IMG/VR virus record: IMGVR_UViG_3300036857_000203 | Location: 1-64,000 of that record | Source: a virus | Reading direction: 5' to 3' (one strand) | DNA: 64,000 nt | Shown here: positions 27,691 to 36,619 of the stretch, one piece after another | Layout of the letters: every line of letters begins with the position of its first letter | How positions within the stretch are numbered: the first letter of the stretch is position 1 | Translations under genes and position numbers: made by a program | Notes under the pieces: model-generated | What the model saw: the letters and a program-made list of their open reading frames with translations, nothing else | What the model was told of the DNA's origin: nothing | Databases searched by the model: none

Positions 27691-27918
27691 CGTCCTCTCT
27701 CCTTCAGAAACGCGATGGTGGCCGCAATCTCCGCAGCCCAGGCCTCCAGGTCGGCGATGGTGTGCGCGACGTTGGAATGCTGTCGCAGCGTCTCGGTGCG
27801 GATGTCCGCCAGCGAGAGCGGCAATGGCCTGTTCTCGGTGGGCTGCGATGGCGTCGGGACCGGCGGATCGCTCAGCAGCGGCCCGTGCTCCTGGATGGCG
27901 TCCTCCAGGGTGCTGATC

Positions 27919-28746
27919 TCACGCTTCTTGTGCTTGCGCTTCGCCATGGTCTTGCTCCTTTCTGAGTTGGGTTGAGACATAGTCGTGGTGGTCGAACGGG
28001 ATTACCGGAATGTTGTCGGCGAGCCCGTCCAGGTCGGGGCAGTCGCCGCCGATGTAGTTGGCGACCATGTGCCCGATGATCGCGCCCTGGTGGCGCTGGC
28101 GTAGCTGATAGGGCTTATCGGCGTCGGGCGGCAGCACGGTGAGCACATCGAAGAAGCTGTAGGACCCCCCCTTGTGCCGCAGCACGCCCACGGCAGTCAG
28201 TTCGGTGTTGGCGAGGCTGATCGACGTGTTCCGGTGCTTCTCGCTCTCGCGCATGATCATGCCGGCGAAGCCGCACATGGCGACCATGCCGCCGGCCTCA
28301 AAGATGTCGAGCTTGCTGCGCTCGGCAATGCCGCCCAGGGCGTGCCAGGAGAAGAACGCGAGCTTGGTGCGCTGAGCACTGAGCTTGCCTCTGCGCTGTA
28401 GCCGCATGACATAGGTGCGCACCATCACGCCATGCTCGCGGCCCGGGACCAGCGGATGCTTGTCCACCTCCCAGGTGAGTAGCTCCACGATGGCAGAGCG
28501 CTTGCGCTTGAAGTGCCCGTTGACGAAGCAGCAGCGCTCGCCCTGGGCGGCCTTGAGGCGCTGCACGCCGGCCATGAACTGGTCGGCAGCTTGCCTGGGG
28601 CCGCCCGTGATCGAGCCCAGGAACTTCTCCATGGCCTGGGTCCAGAGCGTGCAGCCCGGGGTGAGTATGCCGGCGCCCATCATCTGGCGTTCAGCCAGAT
28701 CGCGGGTGAGTTGCGCGATGAAGATGCGGCCGGCGGTGCTGATCAT
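27919..28746 (-). CDS. Hypothetical protein
   Basis: 275-aa ORF in the early operon. Confidence 0.6.
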   Translation of the reverse strand: MISTAGRIFIAQLTRDLAERQMMGAGILTPGCTLWTQAMEKFLGSITGGPRQAADQFMAGVQRLKAAQGERCCFVNGHFKRKRSAIVELLTWEVDKHPLVPGREHGVMVRTYVMRLQRRGKLSAQRTKLAFFSWHALGGIAERSKLDIFEAGGMVAMCGFAGMIMRESEKHRNTSISLANTELTAVGVLRHKGGSYSFFDVLTVLPPDADKPYQLRQRHQGAIIGHMVANYIGGDCPDLDGLADNIPVIPFDHHDYVSTQLRKEQDHGEAQAQEA

Positions 28747-29207
28747 CGCAGCATCCCCATGAAGCGGCCCTGCATCGCGTCGTAATCGTTCATGTGTAGC
28801 GGCGAGAGCGTCGCCGGCCCACGCTCGGGGCGCAGGATGAAGAAGTTCCCAGAGAGCACGTTTCCCCAGCGATCCTCGGCATTGATTATCAGCACCTCGC
28901 GCCGGTCAGGGTGCTCGCTCGGGCGCGGTCCCTCTTTCGCTTCGGTCATCGTGTTCACCGTGGCAATCCAGGCCTCGCAGATGAAGGCTAAGCGCTTCAC
29001 ATGCTTTGCCTGGAACATCATGCGCAGCCCGCGCTGGGTGATGTCCTTCTCCTCGTCGCTCGACCAGGGTGTGGCGATCAAGACGTGCTCATCATTGCCA
29101 TCGACGACATGCCACATCGGAAGAATCTCCCCGCTCTCGCCGAATATCCGCATGGCGTTCTCGGCAGCGTTGGCAAAGAAGTCTTCAAGCTCGGTCTTGG
29201 GGGTCAT
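28743..29207 (-). CDS. Hypothetical protein
   Basis: FICEAW..PSEHPDRREVL motif seen in phage early proteins. Confidence 0.65.
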   Translation of the reverse strand: MTPKTELEDFFANAAENAMRIFGESGEILPMWHVVDGNDEHVLIATPWSSDEEKDITQRGLRMMFQAKHVKRLAFICEAWIATVNTMTEAKEGPRPSEHPDRREVLIINAEDRWGNVLSGNFFILRPERGPATLSPLHMNDYDAMQGRFMGMLR

Positions 29208-29303
29208 GTCTCGCGTCCCTTCATGTTCTCCGGTAATCACGCCCGCCCCGGAAGCTCCTCAGCAAACAGGGCGGGCGCTTATCCGCTGGGAGCGGTCGGG
29301 GGA

Positions 29304-29525
29304 CTATTCCCCAGCGGCATCTGGCGGCAGGAGCCTGCCATCGACGTACCGGTAATTGACCGGGTCGTCGCTCTCTACGACGCGGGTCTCGCGCACCATC
29401 ATCCAGCGCATGGAGAGGTCGAAGACGTTCTGCTCGGCCTCCTCGCGAGTGGCGAATCGCAGTGCGTTGCCGCACCATTGCCCAGAGTTGTCGGCGATCA
29501 CTTCGGGGGCGTAGCTCTTGGGCAT
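29304..29525 (-). CDS. Conserved small phage early protein
   Basis: MPKSYAPEVIADNSGQWCGNALRFATREEAE..RVVESDDPVNY. Confidence 0.7.
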   Translation of the reverse strand: MPKSYAPEVIADNSGQWCGNALRFATREEAEQNVFDLSMRWMMVRETRVVESDDPVNYRYVDGRLLPPDAAGE

Positions 29526-29526
29526 G

Positions 29527-29805
29527 TCAGTCTTTCCTTTCATGGTCTGGGTTGGGGTCCTTGGCTTCACTGTCAAACACCATTGCCGCTGCCTCCAGGA
29601 ACTTCTTCTTGTTCTCCTGGTGTGCGCCATGCACCTGCACGACGATCATGGCGGCGGCCTTGAGAAACATCGCGATAAGACATGAGAAGACATCGCGCCG
29701 CCGGCCAGCAATCTCAAATGCCTGAGTCGTGTCCTTGATCAGGTGATAGAGCTTGCCCTCGGCATAGCCCTGCAGGTCCTGCTGGAGTTGGGTGAGCGGC
29801 ATCAC
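29527..29805 (-). CDS. Hypothetical protein
   Basis: Coupled ORF. Confidence 0.5.
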   Translation of the reverse strand: MMPLTQLQQDLQGYAEGKLYHLIKDTTQAFEIAGRRRDVFSCLIAMFLKAAAMIVVQVHGAHQENKKKFLEAAAMVFDSEAKDPNPDHERKD

Positions 29806-30074
29806 ACGGGCTCCTTCTGCCAGATGCCCTGGGCAATGCAGGCAATCTGAAGCTCGCGTTCAAACGCCTTCACGACACGCTTGAAGGTGGCCTTCGTCGG
29901 GTCGCAATGGCGGGTGCGGCTCCAGGTGCCGCTGCTTACGCTGTATTCCCATTGGCTCCATTCCCAGGCGGGATGCGCGGCTACGCGGGTGCGCTTCACC
30001 CGATATTGCTGATCGCCCACGACAATGTCGTAGCGCTCGGTGACGTTTCTCCAATCAATGGCTGGCTTGGTCAT
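29802..30074 (-). CDS. Hypothetical protein
   Basis: CATGAAAGG RBS. Confidence 0.55.
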   Translation of the reverse strand: MTKPAIDWRNVTERYDIVVGDQQYRVKRTRVAAHPAWEWSQWEYSVSSGTWSRTRHCDPTKATFKRVVKAFERELQIACIAQGIWQKEPV

Positions 30075-30272
30075 GTTTCAGTTCCTTTCATGGGTTCACG
30101 GCGGATAATTTCGGCGCGCTGGCACTCCCAGCCGCGTTCGTCCGCGACAGCGCCGGCCACTGCCAGGGCGGTGGCATCGTCAGTGGCGTTCACGGTGAGG
30201 CTCTGAGGATCGAAGACATCCAGCGAGCCCTCGGGGCGGACGTGGACGAGGAGGAGATAGCGGGTCATGGGT

Positions 30273-30617
30273 TTAGTGGTCATGGTGCCAAGTCACTTTG
30301 CCGCCATGACCAACGTGGGCGTGCATGCCGGCGTGGGTGTTGGGAGCGCGACCCGCTAAGGCCTGAGCTTGACGAACGAGTTCAATGAACATTGGCGACC
30401 CGGTCTTGGCCAAGATTCTGAACGAGCACGCATCCGACACGCCGTCCTTGCTCGTGTCCTCCCAGCCGGCGAAGGCGGGCGCGCCGGTTGCGGGATCGAT
30501 CACGAGGCGGATGCGCCCAGCAGCGAGCCCCTGGGCGAGGCGGGTGACCGCCTCGCGTACTTCCTTGGCGCGCTCCTGGATGGTCTGGCGCGGACGCAGT
30601 TTCGTGTCGCATGCCAT
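30273..30617 (-). CDS. Small partner of the AAA module
   Basis: MACDTKLRPRQT..FAGW..DGVSDAC; GAGG RBS. Confidence 0.65.
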   Translation of the reverse strand: MACDTKLRPRQTIQERAKEVREAVTRLAQGLAAGRIRLVIDPATGAPAFAGWEDTSKDGVSDACSFRILAKTGSPMFIELVRQAQALAGRAPNTHAGMHAHVGHGGKVTWHHDH

Positions 30618-30627
30618 AGTGCCCTCC

Positions 30628-31410
30628 TCACAGGTCCAGCTGGCGCGGCGTAGCGCTGTAGCCCTCGAAGGGCAGATCATCGTCCAGGTCCACGCCCCGG
30701 CCCTCGCCCTCGCTTGCCTCGACCGGGGCGGCGTCGTCCAGGTCCAGGAACGAGATGCGGGCTTCCTCCAGGCGCTGGATGGCGACGTTGTCCACCTCAA
30801 CGGCAGCGCCCTCGCCGGCCTTGACGATGTCGCGGGCAACCTTCCTGGCCACCTCGATGGCCTTGCTCACGCGCTCGCTGGCGTTGGGTTCCAGCATCTT
30901 GCCCAGGGTGCGGGCTTCGTTGGCGGCCTTGCGGATGGCCTGGGGATCGAGGTTCTTGACGCCATCGCGCATGGCGTCGACGAAGTCGCGCACCTGTTCG
31001 TTGATGGCGCGCACCGCCTCTACGTCATCGGCACTCACGCGGCCGATCATCACAGTGACGCCCACGTAGGTCCAGGTCGCGGTGGCGTTGAAGTCCTCGG
31101 CAAGCTGGCGCGCCTCGCGCACCGCCTGACGAAGCCTCTCCTCGCGCTCGGTCGGGCACATCAGGCCGAAGTCGCCGGCCTTGACGCAAGCCGACTGAAT
31201 CTTGGAGCGGGCAGCGGAGCGGACCTTGGAGGCGCGAGCTTGCTCGGCGGGGTCCTTGGTGGTGCGCTCGGTTTCCCAACGGGCGCGGCCCTCACCCTCG
31301 GCAGTGATATGATCCTGCTCAAGCTCCAGGGTCTTGTACTTGACGTTGCCCTTGACGGTGGTGCGGGCGCGCACCAGCAGGCCGGGGCGGAGGGTTGCGA
31401 TATCAGACAT
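30628..31410 (-). CDS. DUF3150-like partner of the Ycf46-type ATPase
   Basis: Helical protein ending in R.LDL motifs, like the ATPase; adjacent to it. Confidence 0.6.
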   Translation of the reverse strand: MSDIATLRPGLLVRARTTVKGNVKYKTLELEQDHITAEGEGRARWETERTTKDPAEQARASKVRSAARSKIQSACVKAGDFGLMCPTEREERLRQAVREARQLAEDFNATATWTYVGVTVMIGRVSADDVEAVRAINEQVRDFVDAMRDGVKNLDPQAIRKAANEARTLGKMLEPNASERVSKAIEVARKVARDIVKAGEGAAVEVDNVAIQRLEEARISFLDLDDAAPVEASEGEGRGVDLDDDLPFEGYSATPRQLDL

Positions 31411-31452
31411 CGTGGGTTCCTTTCACCGGGTTGGAGTAACCCGTGCCACGTG

Positions 31453-31481
31453 TATATGTCACCGTGGCACGGTCTTGTCAA
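31453..31481 (-). promoter_or_regulatory. Sigma70-like promoter with palindromic operator
   Basis: TTGACA-17 nt-CATATA; TGTCACCGTGGCA at 31457-31469. Confidence 0.7.
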
Positions 31482-31487
31482 TACATG

Positions 31488-33110
31488 TCATGCTAAGTCT
31501 AGCGCACGCTCGGTAGAGAACGCCGGACGCTCGGCGTCGGGGGTGGTGGCGAGACGAGCGCGCTTGCTCCAGGTGCGCAGGCGCTTGACTTGGTCGGCCA
31601 TGCTGTCCACCAGCGGCACGACCTTGCTGGCGGCGTTGAGGATGTCGGTGGCTGCGAGCGCACGCTGACCATCGGTGAAGCTCGCGAACAACGCCTCCTG
31701 CACGAGGTTGGCGACCTCTGCCGCCGTGAAGGTGTCGGTGGCTTTGACGATGGCCGCCGTGTCCTCGGTGCTGAACGGCTGGCGCTTGAACTTGGCCAGG
31801 GTGACGTTGAGCACTTCGGCGCGCTCGCGCGCAGTCGGAACGTCCAGGAACCACATCTCATCCCAGCGCCCCTTGCGGAGAAGCTCGACGGGGAGCCGGT
31901 CAGGGTCATTGGCCGTTGCCAGGATGAAGGCCTCGGACTTGCGGTCATTCATCCAGCTGAGCAACACCGCGAGTTTGTCTGCGGCCACGCCGCCGTCACC
32001 GGCAGGACCCGCGCCACCGGAGAGGGTCTTGTCCACCTCATCGAGCCAGAGCACGCACGGCCCCAGGGCATCGACGGTGTCGAGCATGGCGCGGATATTC
32101 TGCTCGCTCTCGCCCAAGAACTTGCTGCCGGTCGCGCCCAGGTCGCCTTGGACGAGCGGGCATAGCCATGACGTGGCGAGGGCTTGGGCAGTGAAAGTCT
32201 TGCCGCTGCCGGGAATGCCCACGAGCAAGCAGCCCTTGGGGCGCTGGATGCCGTAGGCACGAGCCTCGGGGCTCCAGGCGAGCTTGCGCTGGACAAGCCA
32301 GGGCTTCAGGGCATCGAGCCCGCCCACCGCGTCCAAGCCGCCAGGGAGCGGCTCAACCCAGCGCAGCATGCCGTTGGAGGCGATGATGCGCTTCTTCTCC
32401 TCACTGATCACCGCTGGCTCGATGGCGCGGCTTTGCACGATGCTCTTGGCGAAGCAGCCTTCGGCCTGCGGGCCGGTGAGGCCGACAGCGGCGTCCACGA
32501 TGGCTTCGCGCTTGCCGTTGAGCGGCTGCACCTTGCCAGGGTTCTGCCGGATGGCAGTGGCAATGGCCACATCGGCCATGCGGCCAAGCTCTTCACGGTC
32601 GGGCAATGGCCACTCCACCGTGACGGCGTCGTTGGCAACATCACTCGGAACCTTGGCCCCAGGCGCAAGCACGATGACGCTGGTGCCGGTGGCGGGCAGG
32701 GTGCGGGAGAGATTGCGCAGCCAGCGGGTGACGGTGACACCCGGGCCGCCATCGCACCACTTGTGCAGATCGCGGAGAATCCAGACCTCCTTGCCGCCGT
32801 CACGGGAACGCTCGCTGATCTTCTTGAGCAGGCTCACCGCATCGATGGGGGCGTTTGCCCCACCCTGGAGGGCGGCTGCGATGGGGTCGGTGGAGGCATC
32901 GTTGCCCATGCCGGCGACGGGATTGCCGCCCACATCGGTGGCACCCTCGGCGCAATCCCAGAAGAACGGCATGTAGCCCGCGCTCTTGGCGGCTTCGATC
33001 AGGCATAACTCGATCCGCCTCTCCTCGCGGGAGTTGACCCAGAGCACGCCGTTGCGTGCCTTGATCAGTGATGCGACATCAGCGCCCTGGACTTGAGACT
33101 TGGTCGGCAT
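31488..33110 (-). CDS. Ycf46/SpoVK-like AAA+ ATPase
   Basis: Degenerate N-terminal AAA domain (WVNSREERR, ILRDLH), VGGLDALKPW, GIPGSGKT, WLDEVDK, ATAND..ELLRKGRWDE. Confidence 0.9.
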   Translation of the reverse strand: MPTKSQVQGADVASLIKARNGVLWVNSREERRIELCLIEAAKSAGYMPFFWDCAEGATDVGGNPVAGMGNDASTDPIAAALQGGANAPIDAVSLLKKISERSRDGGKEVWILRDLHKWCDGGPGVTVTRWLRNLSRTLPATGTSVIVLAPGAKVPSDVANDAVTVEWPLPDREELGRMADVAIATAIRQNPGKVQPLNGKREAIVDAAVGLTGPQAEGCFAKSIVQSRAIEPAVISEEKKRIIASNGMLRWVEPLPGGLDAVGGLDALKPWLVQRKLAWSPEARAYGIQRPKGCLLVGIPGSGKTFTAQALATSWLCPLVQGDLGATGSKFLGESEQNIRAMLDTVDALGPCVLWLDEVDKTLSGGAGPAGDGGVAADKLAVLLSWMNDRKSEAFILATANDPDRLPVELLRKGRWDEMWFLDVPTARERAEVLNVTLAKFKRQPFSTEDTAAIVKATDTFTAAEVANLVQEALFASFTDGQRALAATDILNAASKVVPLVDSMADQVKRLRTWSKRARLATTPDAERPAFSTERALDLA

Positions 33111-33144
33111 AGGAGGATTACCTTTCATGGGTTACGGGAATACG

Positions 33145-33173
33145 TATATGCCACGGTGGCATCCTGGTTTCAA
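33145..33173 (-). promoter_or_regulatory. Sigma70-like promoter with palindromic operator
   Basis: TTGAAA-17 nt-CATATA; TGCCACGGTGGCA at 33149-33161. Confidence 0.65.
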
Positions 33174-33312
33174 GCCCCACGGCGAAAGATTACATTGATC
33201 ACAGCGAGCGCGGCTATTACGACGACAACGGTGCCTGCTGTGGTCTGTAAGCTGTAGCCGTTCCAAAGCGTAATTGCCGCCACAATAATCACGGTTGCCC
33301 AGTTATCGCTGG

Positions 33313-33516
33313 TCATGACGCGCACCCCTCGCACACGACTTGGACGTGGCGCACGCTCGCCTTGGGAAACTTGGCCTGAAGCTCGGCCCGCACGAGGTGG
33401 GCTGGGGCATCGGCGTGGAACGGCAGCGGATAGGTGCCGGCGGGATAGGCGCCGCCCTCGGGGAAGGTGGCGGTCCAGCAATGGCCTGGGCGGTTGGGCT
33501 TGATGACGATGGTCAT
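33313..33516 (-). CDS. Hypothetical protein
   Basis: CATGAAAGG RBS; YPLPF motif. Confidence 0.5.
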   Translation of the reverse strand: MTIVIKPNRPGHCWTATFPEGGAYPAGTYPLPFHADAPAHLVRAELQAKFPKASVRHVQVVCEGCAS

Positions 33517-33544
33517 TGTCAGGTTCCTTTCATGCGTGTATAGC
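33516..33544 (+). promoter_or_regulatory. Putative promoter for guide unit C
   Basis: TTGTCA-17 nt-TATAGC; predicted start about 33550, immediately before the first GGC. Confidence 0.55.
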
Positions 33545-33551
33545 GGTTGAT

Positions 33552-33640
33552 GGCAAGGCAAGGCGCGGCAGGGCACGGCCCGGCGATACAGGGCTGGGCC
33601 CGGCACGGCGCGCCTCGGGGGGGGGTCATGCCCCCTCCCC
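33552..33640 (+). ncRNA. Stand-alone GGC-NN guide unit C (13 pentamers) followed by a G/C hairpin
   Basis: GGC AA GGC AA GGC GC GGC AG GGC AC GGC CC GGC GA TAC AG GGC TG GGC CC GGC AC GGC GC GCC TC, then G9-TCATG-CCCCCTCCCC. Confidence 0.8.
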
Positions 33641-34336
33641 AATATCGAGCTTGTCTTCACCCCAGGGCAGGCCATAGCGGACGGCGCAGGCCTTGCCGTA
33701 GCCTACTGCGAGGCTCTTCTTGGCGGTGGGGCTGTCGCCGCCCAGGGCAAGGTTGCAGAACACGCAGCGGCCGGTGAGCGTGGCGCTCTCCTTGGCGACC
33801 TTGGCCGGCTCGCAGGCGAACTCACGCAGGCGCTTGGCGATGGCCTCGGTGCGACCGTTGGCAACGCGCGCCGGCTGATACTGCCCATCGACCGTTACGC
33901 GGCCCAGCCACACGCGGCGCGGGCCCCAGTCGCCTTCCTCGAAGACGTCATTGTCCTTCACATCGATGCTGCCGGGGACCTTCGCCTTGGCGCTGGCGAT
34001 CGAGAGGCGAACGACGGTGTCGGCCTCGGGGACGGCCAGGGTGATGGCGGGCTTCTTGAGGCTGACCTTGGCGCGGTCGAACAACTGCAACACGCCGCCC
34101 AGGTCGCCAACGGCTTGAATGGCCTGCGCGGGCTTGGCCTGGGGCGCTAGCGACCAGACCTGATCGCCGTAGCGGTTCTTGCCCTGGTAGGTACCCAGGG
34201 TGACTTCCTGGGTGCGGCCGTCGCGCTTGTAGACGATGACGGTGCCACCGGGCTCGGCGTTGGCGGCCTTGTCCTCGGGGATGCGAACGCCCCAGGTGGT
34301 GGCGTCGAGCTTCACGTAGGAGGTCGGGAAAGACAT
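33626..34336 (-). CDS. DUF6011-like Zn-finger early protein
   Basis: C-terminal GRCVFCNLAL..SLAVGYGKACA..LPWG; start MSFPTSY after CATGAAAGG. Confidence 0.75.
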   Translation of the reverse strand: MSFPTSYVKLDATTWGVRIPEDKAANAEPGGTVIVYKRDGRTQEVTLGTYQGKNRYGDQVWSLAPQAKPAQAIQAVGDLGGVLQLFDRAKVSLKKPAITLAVPEADTVVRLSIASAKAKVPGSIDVKDNDVFEEGDWGPRRVWLGRVTVDGQYQPARVANGRTEAIAKRLREFACEPAKVAKESATLTGRCVFCNLALGGDSPTAKKSLAVGYGKACAVRYGLPWGEDKLDIGEGA

Positions 34337-34375
34337 GTTCAGTGGCCTTTCATGGGTGAGAGCGACAACGGGATA

Positions 34376-34404
34376 CACGTATAGCACCGCAATGCATCTG
34401 TCAA
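34376..34404 (-). promoter_or_regulatory. Sigma70-like early promoter
   Basis: TTGACA followed by GCTATACG at promoter spacing; head of the leftward early operon. Confidence 0.55.
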
Positions 34405-34943
34405 TGGGTGGATTACGGTAATCGTCGCTGCGGTGCAGCAATAAGTTCCTGGGTGGGGATAGTGGGGATAGCGCGCAAAGGGCTTCCCGAATCAGACGCA
34501 ATCGCTTAAACGCATCAAGCCCCACAAGGATCGCTCCCTGCAGGGCTTGGTTTATGTCCGCGAGCTTGGTCGGCGCTCGGACACAAGGTCTGAAACACAA
34601 GACCTTGTACTCCGCCCCCCGACCAACAGCAAGCGGTAGATGCGCTCGATGGAACGCGACCATCGAGGCGGTGCGCTCTCAACGTTGCCGGAACCGCACC
34701 TTCCGGCACGCTAGCGGAGCATTGGCGGTGCCTCGCGCGCGCGTGCGCGGCAGCGGATATCTGGAGAGAAAGAGAGGGGTCTACCGAGTAGAGCACTATC
34801 TCTCACACTCACTGTTACCTTTGGATAGAACAGAAAGGTTCTTAGTAATTAGAAAGAATCTTTCTAGAACATCTAAGGAAGATAGGAAGAGGAGAGAATG
34901 GTGGTAAGGCACTAGAGGGGCAGAACCGGGTTGTAACAACTGA

Positions 34944-35420
34944 GTGGATACTGCCACGATGGCACGAGACAACTGGAGACGCATAGCGCAAGAGGCCTGG
35001 AATGCTCCTGGCTGGAAGCAAGCGGCCACTGAATACGCTCGTGATCCGCATGGATTACTTGATGACATGCCAGCAAGGGACCCTTGGGTGCGCCGGCATC
35101 AGTGGGAGAGACACAAGCGGCTTGTGCAGTTGGAGCGGGTACTGATTGGCATTGCTGTGCATGGGCCAAGCACGATGCAAGAGCCTGAGCATGCGAAGTT
35201 CATTGCGTGGGCCAAGGTGAGCTGGCGGTATACATATACGCAGATCATGGCCAAGCAGCGCGAGGAGTGGTTGAGGCGCGAGGCCGAATCGCGTCAAGCT
35301 CCTGCTGCCCATCCTGCTGGCTGTGCGTGTTGGGACTGTGTGCTGGCGCTGTATGGGGCAGCTGCCAAGCACCGTGCGGTGCTCGACCAGAGGGCGAGGG
35401 CAAAGGACGAGGCGTTCTGA
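34944..35420 (+). CDS. Hypothetical protein
   Basis: AWNAPGWKQAATEY motif; HPAGCACWDC. Confidence 0.55.
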   Translation: MDTATMARDNWRRIAQEAWNAPGWKQAATEYARDPHGLLDDMPARDPWVRRHQWERHKRLVQLERVLIGIAVHGPSTMQEPEHAKFIAWAKVSWRYTYTQIMAKQREEWLRREAESRQAPAAHPAGCACWDCVLALYGAAAKHRAVLDQRARAKDEAF

Positions 35421-35596
35421 TGAGCCCGGAGCAGGATGATAAGGGAGCGTGGTTCATTACGTTGCCCAATGGCGAGCGGGCGGAATTTGGCAGCAACGCT
35501 GAGGCGTGGCGCTGGCTTGACCGGCATGAGCGGCGCGAGACGTGGGTGAGCAGCAAGGCACAGTGGCGCATGCCGGCAAAGTACGATGCGCCGTGA
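35420..35596 (+). CDS. Hypothetical protein
   Basis: FGSNAEAWRWLDR motif. Confidence 0.5.
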   Translation: MSPEQDDKGAWFITLPNGERAEFGSNAEAWRWLDRHERRETWVSSKAQWRMPAKYDAP

Positions 35597-36619
35597 TGGT
35601 ATCGTGGTGGGACACATATTAGTGTCACGGTGGCAGATAAGTTCCAATGGAAATGGAGGTACCAAGGTACGCGGTTGTGGTCTACAACCAACAGCTGAAA
35701 TGGCCGTACAGCGGTTTCTAGCGCTGGACCTTATGCAGGGTAGCTCCCCGTAGTCAGACCCCGCAGAATCGCTTCTAATGGCGAATGGCGATGGGGTCGT
35801 GTAGTCACATATTGACATGTAAAGCGTCAGATGGTTGCAGATGTAACGATCGGGCTATGAGCTAAGTGCCTGATATTGTTGGTAGTCGCCGGAAACTACA
35901 ATCAACTACGTAGCTATACGTTGCTACGCATGTAGTTGGGGGTACGCAGATGCCACAGACACAGGACTTTGCGGTTGGCCCCGGCCCGGACGGCAAGCCG
36001 CTCTTGCATGTCGCGCACTGCCCAGCGGTGCGTGCCCAGGCCGAGGCGGGCGAGCCGGTGATGACGCTGATCGGCTGCGAGCGCCACCCGCGCGAGCTTG
36101 ACGTTGCCAAGCACGATTGCCTGCGCGAGACCCTGTCATGATCGAGCCCACCTACACGATCGAGCACGACGACGGCAGCGGCGACCTGCCGGGCTGGTAC
36201 GTGCGCCGCACCCTCCCTACGCCAGTGCGATCGCCCCCAGGCGGCGCCGTCTCCATCGCCGGCCCCTTCAAGCATGAGCGCAGCGCCCAACGCTGGCTGA
36301 CCTTGCGCAGGCTCGAAGGCTCGCTGACCCGCATGCTGCCCATCCCACCCGCCAGCATGATGCGGCGCGAAGGTCCAACAGCATGAGAACAAGGGATGGC
36401 CAATGGCTGCGTGGACGCCTGTGCGGCAAGGGCACATCAGTGGGCCGCGACACCACAGTGCGGTTCGTCTGCGCTCAGTGCGGTGCAACAGCTGCCAGCG
36501 CCCAGATGCTGTGCTATCCAATCCCGGCGCAATCGCCCAGCGGAGCCCGTACAGCCCTCGACGGCGACCCGGAGCTGGGGTAGAGGTCGACAGGTCGCGG
36601 TCCAGCAGAAACAGCTGTA

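Noticed and set aside
30385-33008. Long plus-strand ORFs opposite the AAA module, and similar shadows such as 62188-63849 (-) and 57490-58689 (-)
   Set aside because: Antisense shadow ORFs typical of high-GC coding DNA; the opposite strand carries clear protein motifs.
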